The translations under genes were made by a program, and so were the position numbers. A stretch of 63,774 nucleotides of DNA, filler included, from Octopus bimaculoides (lineage: Eukaryota), in NCBI RefSeq assembly GCF_001194135.2. It is 8 parts of 8 records of this genome, joined end to end, with 100 filler letters (N's around TTAATTAATTAA, not from the genome) between each part and the next. Parts side by side here need not be neighbours in the genome. Positions count along the whole stretch, not along the records: positions 49,297 to 55,136 come from NC_068986.1; positions 55,237 to 60,619 come from NC_068988.1; positions 60,720 to 62,666 come from NW_026369636.1; positions 62,767 to 63,774 come from NW_026391106.1; 4 more parts are not named here. One strand, 5' to 3'. Positions 52,501 to 63,774 of this stretch are shown here, piece after piece. The number at the start of each line of letters is the position of its first letter. Position 1 is the first letter of the stretch. The notes beneath the pieces were generated by a model. The model saw only the letters and a list, made by a program, of their open reading frames with translations. It was not told the DNA's origin and made no database searches.

Positions 52501-53733
52501 AGAAGAATAAATGAAAGATGAAAGCGAAGCAATGTACCACATGAACACAAAACACCGAAGCTTCCTAGTTGGAAATAGTTGAACGACTACAAAAACAACG
52601 GCATGAATGGATGAAAGGCGACGAGGAAACATTGTACGACGTGAACTCAAAGCATAGAAGCAAAAACAGACCCAGTAAATAAGCTAGGACAGCTATCGTC
52701 TGCCAAGCTTGCAATTAGAATTAATATATGCACTAAACAGAGATTCGCTTTCATCGTTTCAACTTTGCTCTCTATGGAATCGTGGTGTAGGAAACAATGA
52801 CTACTTAACTGCCTAACAGAAGGACCAACACAATCAAAATGTTAAACAGTCACCTAATTTGGGGCTAATGTTTTGCTAATGTTTCACTGGTGTCACGACA
52901 AATTGCCTCAGTTTTTTCTGAGGGTTGGATAGATATAATTGCTCTTGATGTACGATCTGAGATGTCAACGTATATGTGTATGTGTATGTAATTTGTTTGT
53001 GTATTAACATTGACACACTATGTGTGAATATATTTGAGTTAACTGCACACTTATAACTAAACATCTTTGCGTATATATTCACCTATGAGTAACTGTATAT
53101 GTATATATGGTACACACATACACGCACACATTGCTTTTCCTCACATATGTGTGCGAGTGTGTGTCTGTGTGAGTAGCTAGATATAGATAGATGAACAGAC
53201 AATAGATACGTATATATATATATATATATATATATNNNNNNNNNNNNNNNNNNNNNNNNNNNNNNNNNNNNNNNNNNNNNNNNNNNNNNNNNNNTAATTA
53301 TACTGTTTTATATAGAGATTGCTAACAGGCTAGAATTGAAGTGCTCAAATTGAGCAAAGTTCCAATTTATAATTTGAATGGAGGCAATACGAGCGGAAAA
53401 CTAAAGGAACATGACCTATCATCCAGCAGAATTTTCAATATATAATAATATTCAACATCAATAAAGCAAATTAAGTTCGAAATAATAGAAGTATAAAAAC
53501 ATACAAGCATTTAAACACATAAATATTTAAAAATATATATCATAAAGGTTAGGAGGTATGAGAGGTGAATGTATTATTTAACCACTTGGCATCTTTAGGG
53601 TTACGGCTGTTTCGAAGTTTTCTTCATGTAGTAATAATCTCAGTGTGACAAGAAATTATGCTTACGTATTCGCATTAATATGGACTGTTTTATCCTTCAG
53701 GTTGTTGATCCTGACTGCCTCATAAACGCATCC

Positions 53734-53827
<94 letters not shown>

Positions 53828-53842
53828 TTATTTGGAAGTGGT

Positions 53843-53992
53843 AAGGCAACGAGCTGGCAGAACCGTTAGCACGCCGGGCGAAACGATTAGCGGTATCCGT
53901 CTGTCGCAACCTTCGGAGTTCAAATTCTGCCGAGGTCGACTTTTCCTTGTATCCTTTCGGGGTCGATAAATTAAGTGCCTATAGTAGAAACG
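53843..53992 (+). mobile_element. Internally deleted CORE-type SINE with perfect 16-bp TSD
   Basis: attatttggaagtggt at 53827-53842 and 53993-54008. Head and CORE are present and joined directly to a gtgcctatagtagaaa tail. Confidence 0.88.
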
Positions 53993-54884
53993 ATTATTTG
54001 GAAGTGGTTTTCAAGGAAAACATGTAGCAGCGTCTTGTTAATATCCATTTGGATATCGGCTTCATAATATGTCAGTAAAAGAAGGACAGGTTACACGAGT
54101 TATGTACCAACTGCACGTTCATGCACATATGTACACGTAATCCACACACAGCTGCATCCAAGCCGTATGCATCTGTCTATTAGTCTATCAGTTAGCCTGT
54201 CTCTGTCTGCCTGTCTGTTTGTCTTTCTTTCTTTCTTTCTTTCTTTCTGTCTCTCTCTGTCTTAATCTTTCTCCCCCTCTTTATATATATATAGGTAGAC
54301 GTAAGTATGCACATACCTGTACGTACATATGCATATATTCATTTATTATTTGTTTTACATGATCGAACGCCCGCGTCATTCTCTGTAAGTAGTTTTTGAA
54401 CTTTATATTTTCTGACGCGACTCTATCTTACTTCGCCACCCTTCCTACCTGGGTAAGTTCTCCTCTGGCCATCGACTATATGGATTATATGCATTATATG
54501 AACATTATCATAAAAGACTCATATCCCCATAAATTTATCTTGGATTCCCTCATTACACAGATATATGTGCATTGCACATAATCCTTACATCATATGGTTC
54601 ACAAATATATTATATANNNNNNNNNNNNNNNNNNNNNNNNNNNNNNNNNNNNNNNNNNNNNNNNNNNNNNNNNNNNNNNNNNNNNNNNNNNNNNNNNNNN
54701 NNNNNNNNNNNNNNNNNNNNNNNNNNNNNNATTTCGGCAGTAAATCATGAATCCGAATGAGAAGCACATTATATGTTATAGAGCAGTAGGGTATTTAGAT
54801 AAAGATAGTTATGGTTGATTGATGGAGTTACCCAGAGTTTCGTGTCCGTAAAGCGCGTAGATTTGCAACATCTCGTCAGATACT

Positions 54885-55050
54885 AAATAGCCGGAATATA
54901 TATGCTCGAAATGAGGAGTAGATAGCCAGCCGACAACTGATGAAGGGTCGTTCTTTATGTTACTTGTCTTGTTTTCCATTTGTTTCTCTCGTTATTTTGT
55001 TTGCGTGTTGAACTTATTCGTTTTTACGGTTGGTGACGTCCTGTACCCAT
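54885..55050 (+). repeat. Unclassified interspersed repeat, copy 1
   Basis: gctcgaaatgaggagtag...cgacaact...tgacgtcctgtac is shared with 59905-60050. Confidence 0.55.
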
Positions 55051-55088
55051 ATATGTATATGCATATATGTATGCATATATATCTATGC

Positions 55089-55119
<31 letters not shown>

Positions 55120-55236
55120 CATTGACAAGGGGCAATNNNNNNNNNNNNNNNNNNNNNNNNNNNNNNNNNNNNNNNNNNNNTTAATTAATTAANNNNNNNN
55201 NNNNNNNNNNNNNNNNNNNNNNNNNNNNNNNNNNNN

Positions 55237-55267
<31 letters not shown>

Positions 55268-56206
55268 ATATGTGCATATATGTGTGCGTGTGCGTGTGTA
55301 TGTGTATGTATCTATGTATGCATCATTAACTATCTATACATGTACATATATATTTGCGCGCGTGTGTACGTGTCTGCGCGCGTATTCGTGAGAGAAAGAC
55401 GAATTGATTGGTGTCTGTAATATATATATATATATATGTATTAATAATAGATATTATATATACTACACACGGTGCTACTTTTTGTTAGGCGGAATATCCC
55501 GCGTGCGCATATATGTGTATTTGTGTTATTGCGTCTATGCAACTACAGATGTGTTCCTATGAAGCTCTAACTATTAACGTGTAAGTTGAACTACCTCGAA
55601 ACTCACATACTGCATGCCTATATAAACCTACGAATATATATATATGTATATATATGTATACGTGTATTTATGTCTGCGTGCGCATATGTATTTTAGCTAC
55701 ATACGCATGTGCGCTTAGAAAGTCATTTTTACCATCCATTGAAGTATTATGTCTGTATATGACACTATAGCGTATTCACTTATTGACTTAAACCCATTTC
55801 TTCTCAAATGTTCGATTCGTCACATTCTGCACTGTTTAGTACGTATATTATTTTATTTTTTTCCTCTCCACTAAAAATCCGTCTATGTCGCTCAGACTAA
55901 ACTAATCAACTTTGTCTGGCTCTGTTTATTTTTTTAGTTTCCGTTAATTTTTTTTTTTACTGTCTATTTTTTGTTTTTTATGTAGCAATTTTGTTTCATT
56001 ATTCTTTACAGTTTTTGATTGAACTTGGTTTCTAAGATTGATTAAGAGAGAGTGAGGAGCAAATAATGTAAGGCATGAGTGAGGAGGAGAAGAAGAAGAA
56101 GAAGAAGTAGAAGAAGAAGAAGAAGAAGAAGAAGAAGAAGAAGAAGAAGAAGAGAGTGTTAGAGGGAAAGAGATTTGCAGCGGAAGCAAACCGACTGGCA
56201 TAATAC

Positions 56207-56281
<75 letters not shown>

Positions 56282-56455
56282 NNNNNNNNNNNNNNNNNNN
56301 NNNNNNNNNNNNNNNNNNNNNNNNNNNNNNNNNNNNNNNNNNNNNNNNNNNNNNNNNNNNNNNNNNNNNNNNNNNNNNNNNNNNNNNNNNNNNNNNNNNN
56401 NNNNNNNNNNNNNNNNNNNNNNNNNNNNNNNNNNNNNNNNNNNNNNNNNNNNNNN

Positions 56456-56540
<85 letters not shown>

Positions 56541-57017
56541 TATGTATGTATGCAATATATATTTATTAGTCATATATATGAAGTCTACACGTTACGTCTT
56601 GCATGTTTACTTGTGACTAAAGAAACCAACTAATAGTTATGTCTTTTATATATGATGTCAGTAACAGCACAAATTAAGTGGGAGACACAGAGCTCAGCGG
56701 AAAGAGGAATCGATGGTTCGAATCACAAGACATGAAAACTAGCCTTGTTGTATGAATAAATATATTACACATTCACAGATGCAGGTGTGGCTGTGTGGTA
56801 TGATGCTGGCTTCCCAAACATATAGTTCCGGTTTCAGTACCACCGCGTGGCATCTTGTTTCTTCTGCAAGATTCATCCGAGAGGGATTTAAACTCAGAGA
56901 TTTGAGCCTAGAGACCCGAAACAAACATGGACTGGTTGTCTGTCCGATGCTCTAATCATTCGACGAGCGTTTAGCTTTAATGTTAATATATAATATTTTG
57001 AAAGAATGAGTCCAGAC

Positions 57018-57380
57018 GATTTAAGGTTTGAGTTCATTTCATTACAAGATTACTCAATGAAGAATTAAAAACCTGAATGAGATAGTTAAGGTCTGTATTG
57101 GTAACATTCATATTGTGAATATTTTTTTCGTGAGACAAAAGGAATTGCACAAAACACTAAGATACATGTCTGGCAGAACTAAGGTTTTGCGTATAGATTT
57201 AAGGTTTGAGTGATTTGATTACAAGCTTACTCAATCAAGAATTAAAAACCCGAATGAAATAAATAGGGTCTGTATTGGTAACATCCGTATTTTAAATATT
57301 TTTTTCTGTGAGACAAAAGGGATTTCAGAGAGACGCTTAGATATATGTCTCATCGCAGAGTTAAACTTTTGCCTATAGAT
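57018..57380. repeat. Diverged ~178-bp tandem duplication
   Basis: The unit starting gatttaaggtttgagt at 57018 recurs at 57196; roughly 80% identity by eye. Confidence 0.9.
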
Positions 57381-58351
57381 ACAGCATTGGTTTAGATCAG
57401 GGTACGAAGCCAAACAATAACTTGACATCTAATACCACATCAAATCGGTAATCTCACATTTACAGCTAGTTTGAATGATAAATGAATAATTGCTTTGATT
57501 GATTGACTGATTTCTTGATCGATTGATTCCACCATTGATATGATTAACGTTATGTAGCTGGGTGTGTCTTAACGATGAGTCAGATGCTGTAAGTTATGGC
57601 CAGACGCTGCTCTAAGTAGAAACAAAGGTGCCAAATGAACAAGAAACAATGTGAAGAATAATCTATTACGCATAAACTGTGACGGAATATTACTTCGTTT
57701 CTACAAGTGGAGAATAAAGTCAAATGCCTTCCTATAACCATGCCATACTCTTGTAAAGCTACTACGATGTTTTTTTCTTTTTAACTTCAGACAGTACAGC
57801 TTTGTACAGAAGCGGTTCGGCAAGAGAGATTGACAGTATACGTATCACCGTGGGCTACACCACAGCCAGTAGTACAGTAAGATGGGTTGAAACGATCGTT
57901 GTGAGCAATAAAATTTCTCGTATATTCTATTTTCCGTCTCTATCATTTGTTATATACTCGAAGAACACTGAGGAATTCCCGTGACAGATCCATCGACAAT
58001 TATAAAATACTCAATATTGACGCGCAATCTCATATTTCTTTGATGGCGGGAACAGTGGAGTATATTGGTCACAATATTCTTTCATACTTATTTTATCAAC
58101 ACTCGGGTACCGAACGGCAAGATTAAAGTCGCTGTTATTTGTGCTCCGGGTATAATACTTACACAAGGAGGATACTATAAAACGTACCGTTTTAAGCTTT
58201 GTCGTCTTCTTCAACGTAAAACTGTGATGTTTTAAATTCATATCATCACACTAGCTTAATGAAATAAAGTATATATATGTAAGTTTATGTGTAGATATTG
58301 AATATTGTATTTATATGTGTGTATGCATGCGTGCGTACGTGTGTGTGTATA

Positions 58352-58385
<34 letters not shown>

Positions 58386-58696
58386 NNNNNNNNNNNNNNN
58401 NNNNNNNNNNNNNNNNNNNNNNNNNNNNNNNNNNNNNNNNNNNNNNNNNNNNNNNNNNNNNNNNNNNNNNNNNNNNNNNNNNNNNNNNNNNNNNNNNNNN
58501 NNNNNNNNNNNNNNNNNNNNNNNNNNNNNNNNNNNNNNNNNNNNNNNNNNNNNNNNNNNNNNNNNNNNNNNNNNNNNNNNNNNNNNNNNNNNNNNNNNNN
58601 NNNNNNNNNNNNNNNNNNNNNNNNNNNNNNNNNNNNNNNNNNNNNNNNNNNNNNNNNNNNNNNNNNNNNNNNNNNNNNNNNNNNNNNNNNNNNNNN

Positions 58697-58727
<31 letters not shown>

Positions 58728-59904
58728 CACTATATACAAATATATATATATACACACACAAGCACACACACACATATATATACAGAAGGAGAGACAGAAA
58801 GAGAGAGAGAGAGGGAGACAAAGGCATGCAGACAGACAGGCAGACAGACATACGGAGACGGAACCAGAAAGAGAAGTGTGTTCGTATTCGCCATCCACAG
58901 TAATACTGTAATAAAATTATCTAAGCGCTGTGTACTATGGGTAGATTAAATATTTTGCAAGTAATTATAATCCCTGCTTACAGAATTAAGTTTCACATTC
59001 TAATCATACACATACCTATATATATGCATACTTACACGAATACGTACATGCGTACACACATACATATCGATGTAGGTGTATATGTATATGTATGTATGTA
59101 TGTACGTATCCGTGTACGTATGTATATATGTAATTTTGGTTGTATGTATTTGTGTATTCATTTACGTGGACGTTGATAACGGATTCATAAACCAAAATTC
59201 TATTCAATGAATGAGATTGTAGTGCAACATCGAATTTTAATAAAGAAGCGTGCCTGCCTATCATATGATACATTGGCTTAAATAAGCGAGCGAAATCATC
59301 CGACTTATTATTGTTGGGAGAAATAGAATCACAATAATAACAATATTAGGTCATATACATATTTTTACTGCAATCAAACTATACGGTGACGGTGTAGTAA
59401 ATATGATTTTTTTTCTCTAAAAAACTGACCTAGGTTTTAAAGTAAAAACGTTTGCGAGTGTTTTAAACACTGCTAGAGTACACATGGCGACATCATATGA
59501 AATATACCAAAAATTAGCAACCAACGAAGTAAACAATAAATACAGCGTGGTGAAACCTTGTGGTGTTAAACGATCTCAACATGTCTTTTGATGCTTTCAG
59601 AGAGGATTGGTTATTTCCTAATATAAACCTCCTTTTCTTGTTACAGTTTATTTTTCTTTTGGCGGTTTTTGGAAGTGAGACATTGTCCAGATGATCTGGC
59701 TGGGCAGTAAACCAGCAAATGTCGCAGGACCGGGGTGCGAGAACCTACAAAATTGGTGGTCATTGCTCCGTTGGTTAATTAACCAACGGAGGAAGACTGA
59801 TATGTGTATATATATATATATATATATAAATCTGTATATATCCAGAAATATTATATTTTAAAAATTTATGAATGATGATGTTTTATGACGTTTCCCTATA
59901 TTGT

Positions 59905-60050
59905 CGTTGAAAGCTCGAAACAAGGAGTAGTAAAACAGTCGACAACTAACTAAGGAGAGGTTAGACTTCTTTTCGTATATTATTGTCCCGTACTTGTCTC
60001 TCATTATGTGTTTACGTATTTTCGAGTCGTTGCTGATGTCCTGTACTATG
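59905..60050 (+). repeat. Unclassified interspersed repeat, copy 2
   Basis: gctcgaaacaaggagtag...gtcgacaact...tgatgtcctgtac. Confidence 0.55.
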
Positions 60051-60094
60051 TATTATATATATATGCATTGTGTGTGTGTGTCTTTCTGTTTATG

Positions 60095-60295
60095 TTTGTC
60101 CCTCACTGATTGACAACAGGTGTTGGTATGTTTATGTTCCCATAGCTTAGAAGTTCAGTAAACGAGAGAAAGAGACAAGAACTACTAGGCTTAAAAGTGC
60201 TGGAATTAATTTATTTGACTGATCCCTGTCAAGGGTGTGTTCCGGCATGGCTGCAGCCCAATGACCAAGATGAGTAAAATACAAAATATAAAAGG
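60095..60295 (+). mobile_element. Degenerate 3' half of third-family SINE
   Basis: ttgacaacaggtgttggtatgtttatgttcccatagcttag...gcatggctgcagcccaatgac. Confidence 0.65.
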
Positions 60296-60314
60296 AACAC
60301 ACACACACACATAC

Positions 60315-60362
<48 letters not shown>

Positions 60363-60767
60363 ACTCATAGACACTCATATTTGCATAAATATAATTATTA
60401 TATAATTATATTGTATAAACATTACTTTGCACTGATGTAAACATAATAAATAGAAAATAAGCGTGTGGCGTCACTCATTTAATGATAGATACGAAATTAT
60501 ATAGCTATGCAGTTAATGAATGCTAATATGAACCAGTTGTGCAATATTTACATACACACGCGCCATCGTATACAAATGCATACACATATATACATATATA
60601 TACATGGATGCATATATATNNNNNNNNNNNNNNNNNNNNNNNNNNNNNNNNNNNNNNNNNNNNTTAATTAATTAANNNNNNNNNNNNNNNNNNNNNNNNN
60701 NNNNNNNNNNNNNNNNNNNCTCTGTGTGTAGCCCCTTGTGGGTAGTAAAGAAATAACACACACACAC

Positions 60768-61188
60768 AAGTAACTGATGAGTTTCAATTATTTAATAGCT
60801 TCCTTAACTTTACAAATAAATGCAGGTAATTGTGATACAATAAAAGGGATGTAATGCAAAGAAATAGCTTATTTAAATCAGCAAACCGAAATCCCTGGTT
60901 CAACTGAAGGAGAACATCAATAATGAAATCCGGGAAGTGATGTCTGAAAATATTCAGGGTGTTATGGTGCTAGTTTTGGAGAGAGCATGGGCGCGCGAAG
61001 CCGAAAATGGCTGCTATTTTAGCGATGTCATTTTTCATATGTGATGAAGTGATTTTCAAAACTTGATTTGTGCGTATTAATTTTCCAATAAGTTCTTTAT
61101 ATATTGCATCAGAAGTTCATGCATTTAATTGTACAGTTAAAGAAGTTATTAAAAATGAAAACCTCTCAGTTACTTTTGGGATACCCGG
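60768..61188 (+). mobile_element. Internally deleted Tc1/mariner element
   Basis: 60883-61044 encodes KPKSLVQLKENINNEIREVMSENIQGVMVLVLERAWAREAENGCYFSDVIFHM*. The right TIR ends ...gggatacccgg|ta. Partial left TIR aagtaactgatgagtttcaattatttaatag matches the reverse complement of the right end. Confidence 0.8.
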
Positions 61189-61331
61189 TACACATCAATG
61201 ATTTAGGTTGAAAATTACTTTCTTTTATAGGAAAAAGATAAGGTTTTCTAAATCACTTCTCGTTTTTATGATTATGTGCAGAAAATACTGCCTTTTATGG
61301 AGAACGTGTTAAATACAGTTGACTATTATTA

Positions 61332-61505
61332 AAGGCGGCGAGCTGGCAGAATGGTTAGCATGCCGGGCGAAATCCTTAGCGTTATTTCGTCTGTCGCTAA
61401 GTTCTGAGTTCAAACTCCACCGAGGTCGACTTTGCATTTCATACTTTCTGGTTAGATTAAATAAGTACCAGTTACGCACTGCGGTCGATGTAATCGACTT
61501 AGTCC
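61332..61505 (+). mobile_element. CORE-type SINE, 3' truncated
   Basis: aaggcggcgagctggcagaatggttagc...taagtaccagttacgcactgcggtcgatgtaatcgactta. Confidence 0.88.
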
Positions 61506-61869
61506 CTTTTAATTATTTAATTATTAATACTAACTAATACACTGACAACGTTTTCAAATTCCATGTTTGAGGAAATCTGTGAAAGGTTTCCTAACATTCA
61601 TTCCTCATTTGATTCACACTCTTTAGTTCTCTACAAGATACACGCAAAACAATGTGATCAGCTACACATAGCTGGATGATGCGACATAGCCAGTTTATAG
61701 TCGCTATGTTTTTCTCAAAAGCATTTACTGTTCCGCCACTGATCAGTTTTATTACACGAGGCTGGCATAACTACGTATCTCTCTATGATCTGACGATGTT
61801 CTCGAAGAGGCAGGAGAGTTCTGCCCTGGTTAAAGCTGGGCAGCCACAGCGAATGCAGTTAAAATATTA

Positions 61870-62130
61870 TGCTTACTGGAGGTGGTAGGTAAGATGATGA
61901 GGGGGAGGAGGGGGGTGAGGGGGAGGATAGCAATGACGACGAGGAAGACAACGACAGCGGCGGCAGCGGTGGCGAAGGCTGCGACAGTGATGATGATGGC
62001 GATGATGACGATGTTGATGATGATGATGATGACGATGACGACGTCGACGATGTCGGTAGTGGTGGTGGTGGCAGTGGTGGTGGTGGTGGTTTTGGTGGTG
62101 GTGGTGATAATGAAAACAACGACTACACAA
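61870..62130. repeat. Mosaic trinucleotide low-complexity block
   Basis: GAT/GAC/GGT/GGC runs. Confidence 0.9.
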
Positions 62131-62829
62131 ATAATATTAAGAAAAAATGCCACAATATAAATATTATTATTAATATATTTATTTATATTTATGATTATCA
62201 CTGTCGTTACAGCCTCCGTTGATATTGTTAATGTCAATGATGATGATTATGCAAACGATGTTTCCATATGTGTTGTTCTTAATTTTGTTCTGCTAGTTCC
62301 AGACATCAGTTACTATGTGAGTCAAGCTATGATCTGATAAGCGAATCCTTGTCTTCATACGAAGGTCTATTGTGCGTTGTTCCTTGCAATCAGTCTCAAA
62401 GGAATATATATCGTAGCTCCAGACTATCTACTGCTTTGCTATATCATAGCTTTGCTGTAATAGAAACCTCATATGAGCGCATACAAATATACATTGACAC
62501 ACGACCGTACACGTAAGTTCACAAACGCGCGTGCACACAGGCTAGAAATGAACAAACACAGACACATATACACGGGCAATCAGCTATACCAAAAGAACAC
62601 AGAGAAACGTAGAAACATGAAACTGAAGCACAAAATTAAAATCAGTATGAAAAAATATCATACAATNNNNNNNNNNNNNNNNNNNNNNNNNNNNNNNNNN
62701 NNNNNNNNNNTTAATTAATTAANNNNNNNNNNNNNNNNNNNNNNNNNNNNNNNNNNNNNNNNNNNNCTCAACGAAGAGAAAACTCGCGCGCGCGAACGTC
62801 GACGCTCAGTGAGTCATGTTATGTTTATG

Positions 62830-63710
62830 TAATTTATTATCATAATGCCTATTATTCTTACCATAATTAACTAAATAGACCTTATCATAATTATAAAGGT
62901 TCTGTTTATTAAATAGATCATTAATATTATAATCATTACTATTAAAATTATAATTATACATCAGATTATTAAAAAATTGAACATCATTAGTATATCTCGC
63001 CTCATGAAGGGCTTTATTGTAATAAGGTGCATGTTTTTCAAAGTTCTCTATATTCGATGAAAGTAGTAATATTCTCTTACTTATAGTAAATGTTAATGAT
63101 TTAAAAAATATAATAATATCTTTTCTAATAATAATTTGGGTGTAGGTTATTCTACTACTAATAATGTTGGTAACATTATCTCTTCTTTTAATAGATTTAA
63201 GTTAAATAAGTATTACAAATATAAATTAAATACTTATTCTAATAATAATAATAATGAGGACCAGGATATAATTATTTGTACATGTAGAGATAAGACTAAA
63301 TGTAAATTTAATAATAAATGTAATTTGAAGGATGTTGTGTATAAATGTATAGTGACTTTAACGGACGGGAATAAACTTAATGGTTATAATTTAAATAAAT
63401 TTTACATAGGATCGACTTCTAATAAAATTAAAGTACCAGTGGCTCAACACATGCACTCCTTTAAGAATTGAAATTTGATTAATTCTACTGGCCTTAGTAA
63501 ATATATTTGGGAACTGAAATCTAAAAATATTAAGTACATTTTACATTGGGAGATAGTTTGTAAGGCAAAATCATATCGTATAGGTAATAATTTTTGTAAG
63601 TTATGTACTAATGAATTTAAGGAGATATTATTAAATAATTATAATACTTTGATTAATTCTTTTGATGAATGAAAAATTAAATGTAGACATAAATTAAATT
63701 ATTCATTGTG
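62830..63710 (+). mobile_element. Penelope-like element relic (linker plus GIY-YIG)
   Basis: 63136-63672: CTCRDKTKCKFNNKCNLKDVVYKC...FYIGST...QHMHSF*...STGLSKYIWELK...WEIVCKAKSY...CKLCTNE, then KCRH after an in-frame stop. Confidence 0.9.
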
Positions 63711-63719
63711 TCTATATAT

Positions 63720-63754
<35 letters not shown>

Positions 63755-63774
63755 CATATATATATATATATATA

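Noticed and set aside
53666-53733. Minus-strand segment GCVYEAVRINNLKDKTVHINAN ending at a gtaagc donor
   Set aside because: The acceptor would be the last AG of a (TAG)n run with no pyrimidine tract.
54900-54960. GAAA...CTGATGA as a type II hammerhead ribozyme
   Set aside because: Stems I and III and the cleavage triplet cannot be formed.
393-58949. Long ORFs in the supplied track (for example 854 aa at 44677-47241, 444 aa, 408 aa)
   Set aside because: They consist of N-runs (X) and dinucleotide-derived YI/HT/CV/LS/RE repeats, with no coding signal.
62767-62815. gaagag-aaaa-ctc...gaacgtc upstream of the third Penelope relic as a hammerhead
   Set aside because: The core is interrupted by (CG)n and truncated by the gap.
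1-63774. CRISPR arrays, rRNA, operons or other prokaryotic systems
   Set aside because: No repeat-spacer arrays, rRNA-like sequence or dense gene structure. The DNA is eukaryotic and repeat-dominated.

Overview
AT-rich, microsatellite-saturated eukaryotic scaffold with about 27 N-gaps (about 7.4 kb, roughly 12%). The SINE families look like those of octopus/coleoid cephalopods; this is recalled, not database-checked. I find no confidently identifiable host protein-coding gene. Almost all ORFs in the supplied track are artefacts of N-runs and di- or trinucleotide repeats. The window is best read as intronic or intergenic DNA holding decayed mobile elements: several tRNA-derived SINE families, five deleted Tc1/mariner copies, two hAT (Buster/Charlie-like) transposase relics, piggyBac-, hAT- and foldback-type MITEs, three Penelope-like GIY-YIG relics, a 3'-truncated L1/Tx1-type LINE, a CR1-like RT scrap and a probable solo LTR. 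There is also a 5'-truncated tRNA-Gly(GCC). The best leads are all speculative: (1) a possible terminal exon encoding ...KRF-G-KR-D-stop, an RFamide-type processing motif, between a strong splice acceptor and an AATAAA; (2) a SINE inserted into an older copy of its own family; (3) the tRNA relic, broken at a hairpin and lying directly upstream of a young SINE; (4) a dense promoter-like motif cluster near 27.0-27.4 kb. Seven gaps contain an artificial TTAATTAATTAA linker, so long-range contiguity is uncertain. The sequence alone does not support claiming a new biological system.
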